A DNA stretch of 39,624 nucleotides. It comes from a virus. The notes under the pieces were generated by a model. It did no database searches, had not been told where the DNA came from, and saw only the letters and a program-made list of their open reading frames with translations. This document shows, one piece after another, positions 17,161 to 24,292 of the stretch (positions are counted from its first letter, which is position 1; every line of letters begins with the position of its first letter). The stretch is taken from positions 1 to 39,624 of IMG/VR virus record IMGVR_UViG_3300040801_002038; one strand, given 5' to 3'. Made by a program: the position numbers and the translations under genes.

Positions 17161-18008
17161 TCACCGCCGTTTCGACTTCCGTTTCGATTCGCGCTCGAGC
17201 TTGTCGCGCTCGAGGCGCTGGTACTCGGCCCGTTCCTGCAGTGCGATCACGGCCGCGTCGTACCACGGCGCCGCCTGCTCGGCCCAACCGCCGGACATCG
17301 GCAGCACGCCGAGGTCGAGCAGCGCCAGGCTGTCGCAAACCTGCAGCGCTGCACCCGACACCTGCGACCACGGGCAGCGCTGCAGGTCGACGCGCCCGGT
17401 GCCCTTGCAGGTCGGACAGTTCGGCCGTGGCTGCCGGCTGTCGCACGTCCAACAGTCCAGCTCGAGAAACACCTGCTCGACCTCGGCGTCGCAGCCCCAA
17501 CGGGCACGCAGCTCGAGGCGCGCGGCGCGCTCGCTGGTCGTTTCGCCCGGTGGTGCGGTGCATAGCTTGCAGGTCTGCTCTAGGTGTTTGGTTACGCCGC
17601 CGAACCGCAGCCCGGCGGCCAGCGTCAGTTTCCCCGGTCAGCGTCCGACAGTCCCGACACCTCGAGCACCTTGCTGGCCAGCTCGGCGATCGTGTCCAGC
17701 GCCAGCACGTCGAACGCGGCGTCGGTGATGTAGGAACCGATCGACCCGCCGATCGTCTGGCGGCTGGTCTTGTACGCCACCTCGGTGCCGTCGGCGGTGC
17801 ACAGCTTGCGCCAGCCACGCAGCGAAGCCCTGGCGGCCAGAATCAGCGCCTGCACTTCCCTGCTGCCGCCGATGTCGGCGACGACTTGCTGCCGCTGGCT
17901 TACCGTCAGGGGCGCCAGGTCGAACTCGGTCTGCTGTTCGGGTGGAAGCTCGAGGTCGGCCTCGAGCACGACGGTGGTGGTTTGGTTTGTCGTCAGTGCG
18001 ATGACCAT
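17161..18008 (-). CDS. G-T fusion chaperone produced by programmed -1 frameshift (G frame to 17628, then -1 frame to 17161)
   Basis: Hand translation after the slip, GKLTLAAGLRFGGVTKHLEQTCKLCTAPPGETTSERAARLELRARWGCDAEVEQVFLELDCWTC..., is open and joins track ORF 17161..17472, which is in the -1 frame relative to G. Confidence 0.6.
17625..18008 (-). CDS. Tail assembly chaperone (lambda gpG-like), 127 aa
   Basis: ATG 18008 preceded by gaaagg. Lies between the tube and tape-measure genes. Ends ...GAC CGG GGA AAC TGA, with a canonical slippery heptamer immediately before the stop. Confidence 0.7.
   Translation of the reverse strand: MVIALTTNQTTTVVLEADLELPPEQQTEFDLAPLTVSQRQQVVADIGGSREVQALILAARASLRGWRKLCTADGTEVAYKTSRQTIGGSIGSYITDAAFDVLALDTIAELASKVLEVSGLSDADRGN
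17628..17634 (-). other. -1 slippery heptamer G GGA AAC (X XXY YYZ)
   Basis: + strand gtttccc equals minus GGGAAAC. Zero-frame codons are cgG GGA AAC TGA. Lambda G/GT uses G GGA AAG. Confidence 0.6.
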
Positions 18009-18037
18009 GGCGGGGGTAGCCTTTCGGGTCGCTGGTG

Positions 18038-19492
18038 TCAGAACTTGAAGATGGCGACCTCGTCGTCGCCGGATTCCTGGATACGCCGGCAGCGCAGCGT
18101 GACGTTGTGCGTGGCCAGGCCGTCGGCCTCGCTGTCGGTCACCTCGGTCACCTGGCAGTTTTCGGCGATCATGCCGACGCGGTTGCCGACCTCGGTGCCG
18201 ATGTAGAAACCGATCGACACCGGCCAGGCGTTGCGCTGCGCGCTGAACCAGTTGAACGCGGCCGTGCCGACCTGCTCGACCTCGAGCGTGATAGTCGGGT
18301 CGCGGTCGGTGATCGTCGCGCCCTGCAGCCCGGTCGCCGAGCACGGCGCGCGCCGATCCTCGAGGGTGTTGCCTGGTGCGAACTCCACCGACTTGATCGG
18401 GAAACAATCTTGGAAGTAGCCGTTTCCGTCCTGGTCGCGATCGTAGCCGACGCCCAGTACGGCGCCCTGGAACCTCGGGCCCTGCAGCGTGTCGGACGTG
18501 GCGCCGGTCACCTGCACGGAATCGTCGGCGTCGACGCTCGACCCCTGGAACGTCCAGTTGAACTCGAGCACCTGGCCGACTTCGCCACCGACCGTGAACT
18601 CACCACGGCAACCCAGCGCGCGGCGCTCGAGGCTGTCGAGGTTCGAATACAGGCCGATCGACGGCGACGAAACGATCGTGACGGCGTTGCTGCTCTCGAG
18701 GGTGGCCGACCCGCCGCCGGGTTCGTGCAGCGTGTCGTCGTCCGCCACGCTGCCATAGAACAGCGACACGACCAGCGGGTCGGTGCCCGACACCAGGAAC
18801 GCGCTGCCTTTCTGTTCGCCGGTGGTGCCGTCCTTGATCACCAGCACGTCACCAGCGCTTGGCGTGCCGCCAGACCAGCCACCGGCGGTGATGTCGAGCG
18901 AAAGCGTTTTCGTGCTGTCCGGCAGGTACGCCACGCCCTCGGTCGACGTGCCCGGCGTGGTGGCCGTCGCGATGGTGGCGCCACTCTGTTCGCCGTAGAC
19001 CGCGGTCACGCTGGCATCCCAGGTTCCGGCGATCGGGATGACGTACAGCGTGGCGCCGGCGCCGGTGGCTTTGTTGACGGCCAGGCCCCAGTTCGTCGGC
19101 GTGCCTGCGCCCCAGTCGCTATCGCCGACCCGTTCGCCGATGTAGAACGGGCCGTTTGCGACGGTGCCCGACGATTCGTTCATCGCCTGCGCCCGGAAGC
19201 CCGACGCCCGGATCAGGGCATCCCACGGCGGCACGGTCGCGGCCGAGGTCGTATCGCCGACCAGGTCGCTGCGGAACGTGACGCTGCGCGTGGCGCGGCC
19301 GACGCTGTCGAAACCACGCGACAAGCTGGCGCCGGCGACCTGGCGTTCGTTCAGCTCGACACTGTCGGCGACATCGGGTTCGAACACGGTCAGGAAATCA
19401 CCCGTTGCGGGCGGGGTGCTCGCACCCCACGGGTCGGTGCCTTCGCTCGTTTCGAGCTTGGCTGCAATCTGGTGCTTTCGTCGTAGTGGCAT
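18038..19492 (-). CDS. Major tail tube protein, enlarged (484 aa) with inserted beta modules
   Basis: Immediately upstream of G/GT. Abundant-protein-style start context. C-terminal ...GEFTVGGEVGQVLEFNWTFQG... and the terminal beta strands are typical of tube folds. Confidence 0.6.
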   Translation of the reverse strand: MPLRRKHQIAAKLETSEGTDPWGASTPPATGDFLTVFEPDVADSVELNERQVAGASLSRGFDSVGRATRSVTFRSDLVGDTTSAATVPPWDALIRASGFRAQAMNESSGTVANGPFYIGERVGDSDWGAGTPTNWGLAVNKATGAGATLYVIPIAGTWDASVTAVYGEQSGATIATATTPGTSTEGVAYLPDSTKTLSLDITAGGWSGGTPSAGDVLVIKDGTTGEQKGSAFLVSGTDPLVVSLFYGSVADDDTLHEPGGGSATLESSNAVTIVSSPSIGLYSNLDSLERRALGCRGEFTVGGEVGQVLEFNWTFQGSSVDADDSVQVTGATSDTLQGPRFQGAVLGVGYDRDQDGNGYFQDCFPIKSVEFAPGNTLEDRRAPCSATGLQGATITDRDPTITLEVEQVGTAAFNWFSAQRNAWPVSIGFYIGTEVGNRVGMIAENCQVTEVTDSEADGLATHNVTLRCRRIQESGDDEVAIFKF

Positions 19493-19505
19493 GGTTGCCC
19501 TCGGG

Positions 19506-19883
19506 TCAGGATGCTGCGGAAAGGGCGCGCGCCAGCAGCACGCGAACCCGGGAAACGGTGTTGCTGATCGGCTGCACCTGCAGCGGGCCAGCGTAGATCA
19601 CGCGCCACGGGTCGCTGTCGCAAGGCACGACCAGCAGCCACGGGGCGGCGCAGTAGTACGTTCGGTGATGCAGCCGGAAACTGTCGACCTGGTCGCGCTG
19701 CACGGTAAGCCAGTTGGCGATGAACTCGAGGTCGGTGCGGCCGGCCGGCCGGCGGTCGCGATGCTGGATCGCGCCACCGCGGTGCGGCGTTGGTGTCACC
19801 AGCACCTGGTGTTCGTCGCCGAGTTCGATGCGCTCGACCGGCGGCAGCGCGTCGGCTGCGATGGCGTTGGCCGGAAACGTCAC
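19506..19883 (-). CDS. Tail terminator / head-tail connector candidate (125 aa)
   Basis: GTG 19883 in a GTGA overlap. Called by position directly upstream of the tube gene; no diagnostic motif. Confidence 0.35.
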   Translation of the reverse strand: MTFPANAIAADALPPVERIELGDEHQVLVTPTPHRGGAIQHRDRRPAGRTDLEFIANWLTVQRDQVDSFRLHHRTYYCAAPWLLVVPCDSDPWRVIYAGPLQVQPISNTVSRVRVLLARALSAAS

Positions 19884-20356
19884 GACAGCCCCCCGAACGT
19901 CGACGGGTTGTCGAGGTCGTGTTTGTACTCGACGTCGAGCGACATCACGGCCGCCACGTGCCCGGTGTCCTCGTCGGGCCCGTCGGGTCGGTGGCCGCTG
20001 TAGTCCAGCCGGTAAACGCCGGGCACGGCCAGGATCGGCTGCAGGTCAGACTGCCACGGGATGCGCGCCTCGAGTTCGGCGACAGCGTCGTCGAGCAGGT
20101 CGAACGGGTTACCGTCCTCGCCGGCCAGGCCCGGGTCGACCATCACGCGCACCTCGACCGTCAGGGTGCAGTTGTACTGCCCACCCGAACAGCCAGCGCC
20201 GTCGCGGATCGCCTTGCGTTCGTTCGCGAAGTAGACCACCGCCAGGCGCTCGAACGTGGTGTCGTTCGTCTGGCCGCGTGCGGTCACTTCCCAGCCGAGG
20301 CCGGTGCCCAGGTAGTCGGCCAGCGATTCGACGATGCGTCGGCGTAGCGTGGCCAT
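19880..20356 (-). CDS. Tail completion / neck protein candidate (158 aa)
   Basis: ATG 20356 (TAATG overlap). N-terminus LRRRIVESLADYL and the gene's size and position resemble tail-completion families. Confidence 0.35.
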   Translation of the reverse strand: MATLRRRIVESLADYLGTGLGWEVTARGQTNDTTFERLAVVYFANERKAIRDGAGCSGGQYNCTLTVEVRVMVDPGLAGEDGNPFDLLDDAVAELEARIPWQSDLQPILAVPGVYRLDYSGHRPDGPDEDTGHVAAVMSLDVEYKHDLDNPSTFGGLS

Positions 20357-21141
20357 TAGTCTTTCACCCCTTTGGCTATGTCGCGCAGGATGCGGTCGGC
20401 AGCGAACGCCAGGCGCTTCGCGCGCAGCTGCGCCTGTTTGTCCCACGTCGAGTAGAAACCCAGCGCGCGGCGCAGGTTCACCGACGGCAGCAGCGCCCAA
20501 CGCGGCACCAGCGTGTCGCGGATGGTCTTTCGCTGCCGGCTGCGTACTTCACCGCGCCGGTTCAGCTGCAACCGCTGGCGTTCACCGCTGCGCTTGCGCT
20601 TGCGCTCGAACAGCAGCAGCGTGCCGGAACGCTTCGACTTGCGCGCGATCAGTACGGCTTTCGGCTTGGCCTGGCGGAACCCGTACGGCGTTCGGCGGCC
20701 GCGGCGCGCGCTGCCCGGTGCCTTGATCGGAACGGCCAGCATGCGGCCGCGGCGGGGCCGGATCGTCGTGCCGGCCTCGAACGCCACCAGTACGTTGTTC
20801 CGGGTCAGGATGTCGAGGCCGAGTTCGAGCAGGTCGGCGCTTTTCGCGTTCGGCCTGCGCTTGTCCTCGGGTTCGGTCACCCAGCGGATTCCCGTTTCCG
20901 GGTCGAGGTTGCGTTTGTCGTCGACCTTCGGCGCCTCGATCGGCGGCCGGCGGCCGGCCTTCGGCTTCCGGTTCAGCTTGATTTTCGACACCGCCAGCAT
21001 GCTGCGCCGGTGGTCGATGTTCATGCGCTTGTAAGCTTCGCGCATCCAGAAGTACACCACCGCCGGCGCGGTTTCGAGGGCGCGGTCGACCCCCTCGAAT
21101 CCCTCGACGCCCTCGAACGACACGTCGGCCGTGCTGGTCAC
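20356..21141 (-). CDS. Highly basic connector-module protein (261 aa)
   Basis: GTG 21141 in a GTGA overlap. Arg/Lys-rich core RKPKAGRRPP...RPRRGRMLAVPIKAPGSARRGRRTPYGFRQAKPK...RKSKRSGTLLLFERKRKRSGERQR. Confidence 0.4.
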   Translation of the reverse strand: MTSTADVSFEGVEGFEGVDRALETAPAVVYFWMREAYKRMNIDHRRSMLAVSKIKLNRKPKAGRRPPIEAPKVDDKRNLDPETGIRWVTEPEDKRRPNAKSADLLELGLDILTRNNVLVAFEAGTTIRPRRGRMLAVPIKAPGSARRGRRTPYGFRQAKPKAVLIARKSKRSGTLLLFERKRKRSGERQRLQLNRRGEVRSRQRKTIRDTLVPRWALLPSVNLRRALGFYSTWDKQAQLRAKRLAFAADRILRDIAKGVKD

Positions 21142-21485
21142 TTGATCACCTCGAGCGTGAACCCGCCGGCGTCCTGCGACAGCAGCGTGCGGATGCGACC
21201 AGGCACCGGGTCGGCGCCCTCGTCAAACGCCACGACCAGCACGTCGCCGGGCACCGGCGCGCGTGGTGGGCCGTTCTCGACGCCCACCGGCGGCAGGAAC
21301 ACCTGCACCACCTTGAACGCCAGTTCGCTGTCGTCGTCGGTGATGATGCCGAGCCGCGCGACATCGGCAGACACGTACACCGCATCGGCAGCGCTGCCAC
21401 GCGGCCGAAACTCGAGAGTCTCCCCGAGTCCCGACGCGCGGGTGAGCGCCGCGGCGTCCCGTTGCATGATGTCGCGCAGGCCCAT
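21138..21485 (-). CDS. Head-tail adaptor / head closure candidate (115 aa)
   Basis: Size, position after the capsid genes, and a C-terminal ...GDVLVVAFDEGADPVPGRIRTLLSQDAGGFTLEVIK pattern reminiscent of head-closure proteins. Confidence 0.4.
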   Translation of the reverse strand: MGLRDIMQRDAAALTRASGLGETLEFRPRGSAADAVYVSADVARLGIITDDDSELAFKVVQVFLPPVGVENGPPRAPVPGDVLVVAFDEGADPVPGRIRTLLSQDAGGFTLEVIK

Positions 21486-21501
21486 CGTTCAGCCCCCCGG
21501 A

Positions 21502-21936
21502 TCAGGGAAGATCGGCGCCACGCAGTGCGTCGGCCGAGAACGCGACCAGGCACGTGGTGCCGCTGCTGTGCTGGAACACCCGGCCGCAGGCCAGGTCGTT
21601 GCCCGAGTTCGTCAGGCTGAACGAATCGTCGTCCACCATGTAAACGGGCTTCTTGACGTCGTCGCCACTGTTGACGCCCGTCACGGCGGCCTCGATGACG
21701 CCCTGCGACCGCACGCGCACGCGCTTGGTTCCGTCGCCGAGCACCGACTCGTCGGCGAACCCGACGAAAACCTCGGCGGTATCGGTTCCGACAGGAATGT
21801 ACGCCAGCCCGGTCGCCAGCTCGATCGCCACCGCGCCGCCGGCGTGAATCTGCACGCCCGACTTGACCGCGTGTTCGGCGAAGATCGGCGGCACGTCGGC
21901 GTTGTAACGCCGGTTCGTTGCTGCACTCAGTGCCAT
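21502..21936 (-). CDS. Head decoration / cement-like beta protein (144 aa)
   Basis: Directly downstream of the major capsid gene, with SD aagga. The Gly/Val-rich pattern G..V...G.A....VFVGFADES..GDG...V.V...GV.E resembles DUF2190-type proteins. Confidence 0.4.
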   Translation of the reverse strand: MALSAATNRRYNADVPPIFAEHAVKSGVQIHAGGAVAIELATGLAYIPVGTDTAEVFVGFADESVLGDGTKRVRVRSQGVIEAAVTGVNSGDDVKKPVYMVDDDSFSLTNSGNDLACGRVFQHSSGTTCLVAFSADALRGADLP

Positions 21937-22016
21937 GGTTCTGTGTCCTTTGCTTCTGTGGAGTTGTGGTGGCGACGCGCCAGGCGACGCGCCGCCGGTG
22001 GATCACGGCCGCCGGC

Positions 22017-23015
22017 TCAGGCGGCAAACTCGACCAGCACGGCGTGTTCCCACAGGCCGTACCCGACGCCCGATTCGGCGGTCACGCCGTACTGGTGCGC
22101 GTTGTGGTGGAACTCGAACTCGCTGCCCTCGGCCAGCGCGCCGGCGCTGGCCGCCTCGGCCTGCTGGCGAATGAACGGCTTGACCGGGTTGTCGGACCGC
22201 GCCACGACCATGCGCCGCGTCGATCCAGTCCCCCAGCCGTCCGTGTTCAGGCGGGTATTGTTCGCCAGCGCCCAGGACATTCCCAGCGCTTCGCCGAGTG
22301 CCATCACCGGGCTGTCGATGGCGCCGCCGCTGCCCTGGATCACCTGCAGCCGCAACGCGGCCGACACCGCGCCGATGAACGACGGCGGCGCGATCACCTG
22401 CACGCTGCTGGTGTCCTCGTTCGCCGGCTCGCCCTGCTCGTCGGTGAACCCCATCAGCATCTCGATGGCCTGCTGCAGGGCGCTGTCGACCTGCGCCACG
22501 GTCGGGCGGCCACCCGACAGGCCCGACACCTCGAGCACGTTGTGCTGGCTGTCTCGATGCTTCGTGCCGTCGCCGCTGCGCACGAAAAAGTCGACGCCGT
22601 CGTACGTGGCGCTCGAGCCATACGTCGCGATGGCGGTTTCGCCGTTCAGGATGCTGTTGCTCAGCAGCTTCTGCCAGTGACGGCCGGCGGTGGCCTGCAC
22701 CAGGCCGTTGACGCGGCGCCGGATCAGCCCTTCGCCATCCTTGCGCAGGTCGCGCCGGCTGAACTCGACGGTGGCCTCGTAAGGCTTGTTCTCGACCACG
22801 ACGCCGTGGTCGGACATCTTCAGCGCCTGGCGGCCGCCGACCCACTCACGAAACGCGGGGTTCTGATCCAGCCAGCGGTATTCCTCGCTGTACTGGTCGC
22901 TGCCGTCGTTCATCATCGACACGGCGTCGACCCACGCGGGCGGCGTGGTTTCGCCCAGTGCCTTCTGAAACATGCCGAGGATGGCCCGGCTGGTAATTGC
23001 TGCGTTCTGCCCCAT
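22017..23015 (-). CDS. Major capsid protein, Mu gpT-like family (332 aa)
   Basis: EEYRWLDQNPAFREWVGGRQALKMSDHGVVVENKPYEATVEFSRRDL parallels Mu gpT YGWLGQFPKLREWIGQRVIKDM..YQITNKLFESTVGVKRTDI. YDGVDFF and the C-terminal QYGVTAESGVGYGLWEHAV also match. SD aggaga. Confidence 0.85.
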   Translation of the reverse strand: MGQNAAITSRAILGMFQKALGETTPPAWVDAVSMMNDGSDQYSEEYRWLDQNPAFREWVGGRQALKMSDHGVVVENKPYEATVEFSRRDLRKDGEGLIRRRVNGLVQATAGRHWQKLLSNSILNGETAIATYGSSATYDGVDFFVRSGDGTKHRDSQHNVLEVSGLSGGRPTVAQVDSALQQAIEMLMGFTDEQGEPANEDTSSVQVIAPPSFIGAVSAALRLQVIQGSGGAIDSPVMALGEALGMSWALANNTRLNTDGWGTGSTRRMVVARSDNPVKPFIRQQAEAASAGALAEGSEFEFHHNAHQYGVTAESGVGYGLWEHAVLVEFAA

Positions 23016-23083
23016 GGTCTGGTGTCTCCTGTTTCAGGTTGTGCGGTGCAGGCGGGTGCCTGCGGAATGTTCGGGGGTGGTGC

Positions 23084-24292
23084 TCAGTCGGTGGCGTTCG
23101 GCGCGTGACGGCGCAGGCTGCCGGCCTGCTCGGCCCGGCGGTACGCGACGTACTCATCGCGCAGGCTGAACTCGTTGCGCAGCGCGCTCGAGCGGTCCCA
23201 TTCGGCAGCGAACTGCGCGTCGGTGTCGCCAGCAGGCGCGTCGGTGTCGTCTCCCTCGGGCTGGTTGCGTGCGACGGGTTCGTCGCCACCGGCTGCCAGC
23301 GCCGCCTCGAGGCGCGCGCGCAGGTCGTTGTTGATCGCGGCCGTGGCATCGGCCAGCGGCGTGCCGTCGGCGATCAACTGCGCCGCCAGATCGTGCTGCC
23401 GGCTGTCCGCCTGGTCGAGGATCGCCGACACGCGTTCGCGTTCGCGTTCCTCGCCACGGGCAACGGCGGCGCCGGTCAGCTCGGCGACCTGGTCGGGGTG
23501 CTGCTGCTGCAGCTGCTCGGCCGTCAACGCGACGGCGGGTTCGGCCGGCGGTGCCGGCGTGTCGTTTGTCGTGGCCACGATGGGCACCTCGTACGTTTCT
23601 GCGTCGTGTGACGCTGCGACAGCGGCCTGCGCGGCATCGTCTGCGCCCAGTGCCGTAAATGAGACCTCGCGCACCTTCCACTGCCGGAAGATCGCGCCAG
23701 GCCCGGAAAGGGTGGTGCCGTTGACCTCGGCCTTCTGGCCGTCCTCGATCTGTTCGACGGACAGCGGCACGGCGTGCACCGACGACTGCCACGGGAACCC
23801 GTCGGCCGCGTCGGCCTGCACGGCCTGCGCCGAGGCGCTGTTCGGCAGCAGTTCGCCGCGCGCGACCAGGCCGACGCCATCCTCGACCTCGAGGCGGGTG
23901 GCGAATCCGACGCGCTGGTCAGGGTCGTGGTCCTTGAGCGCCGGAATGGCACGCTGCGGAAGCTGCACGCCCTCGAGGTCGAGCGCCAGGTTTCCCCAGT
24001 ACCAATGCCCCATGATCGGGTTACCCGACGCCACCGGCGACATCGCGAACAGCGGCCGGCCGGATGCCTCGGCGTCGTCGTCCTCGTCGTCCTCGTCGTC
24101 CTCGTCGGGCTCGTCGCCTTCCTCGTCGTCGTCGCCTTCCTCGTCGTCGTCGCCTTCCTCGGCCTGCTCGAGTTCGTCGTCGTCGTCGTCGTCGTCGTCC
24201 GACTCCGCGAACGTCACGACGCCGGTATCGCGGAACGTGATCATGCACGCGCCGGTCGGCACGCGCTTGCTACTGGTCTTCGGTGTCGCCAT
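23084..24292 (-). CDS. Prohead protease fused to scaffold-like C-terminal domain, with N-terminal polyacidic tract
   Basis: ATG 24292 has SD aggag 10 nt upstream. IPALKDHDPDQRVGF...EDGVGL...FPWQSSVHA...VREVSFTALGADDAA resembles HK97/Mu-I type prohead proteases. The helical C-terminus resembles a scaffold. Confidence 0.65.
   Translation of the reverse strand: MATPKTSSKRVPTGACMITFRDTGVVTFAESDDDDDDDDELEQAEEGDDDEEGDDDEEGDEPDEDDEDDEDDDAEASGRPLFAMSPVASGNPIMGHWYWGNLALDLEGVQLPQRAIPALKDHDPDQRVGFATRLEVEDGVGLVARGELLPNSASAQAVQADAADGFPWQSSVHAVPLSVEQIEDGQKAEVNGTTLSGPGAIFRQWKVREVSFTALGADDAAQAAVAASHDAETYEVPIVATTNDTPAPPAEPAVALTAEQLQQQHPDQVAELTGAAVARGEERERERVSAILDQADSRQHDLAAQLIADGTPLADATAAINNDLRARLEAALAAGGDEPVARNQPEGDDTDAPAGDTDAQFAAEWDRSSALRNEFSLRDEYVAYRRAEQAGSLRRHAPNATD
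24068..24205 (-). repeat. Triplet, 9-nt and 18-nt tandem repeats encoding a D/E tract
   Basis: (gtc)n run ~24174-24199. Two perfect 18-nt copies tcgtcgtcgtcgccttcc at 24123-24140 and 24141-24158, plus a partial copy. tcctcgtcg x3 at 24081-24107. Confidence 0.9.

Noticed and set aside
21937-22016. Direct repeat ggcgacgcgcc x2 and GC-rich segment after the capsid gene; considered as a terminator, or as another copy of the 16-bp element. The hairpin gcaggc-gggt-gcctgc at ~23050-23065 was considered likewise.
   Set aside because: There is no convincing long stem, only short matches (cacccgcc-like) to the element. At this GC content such 6-8-mers are expected by chance.
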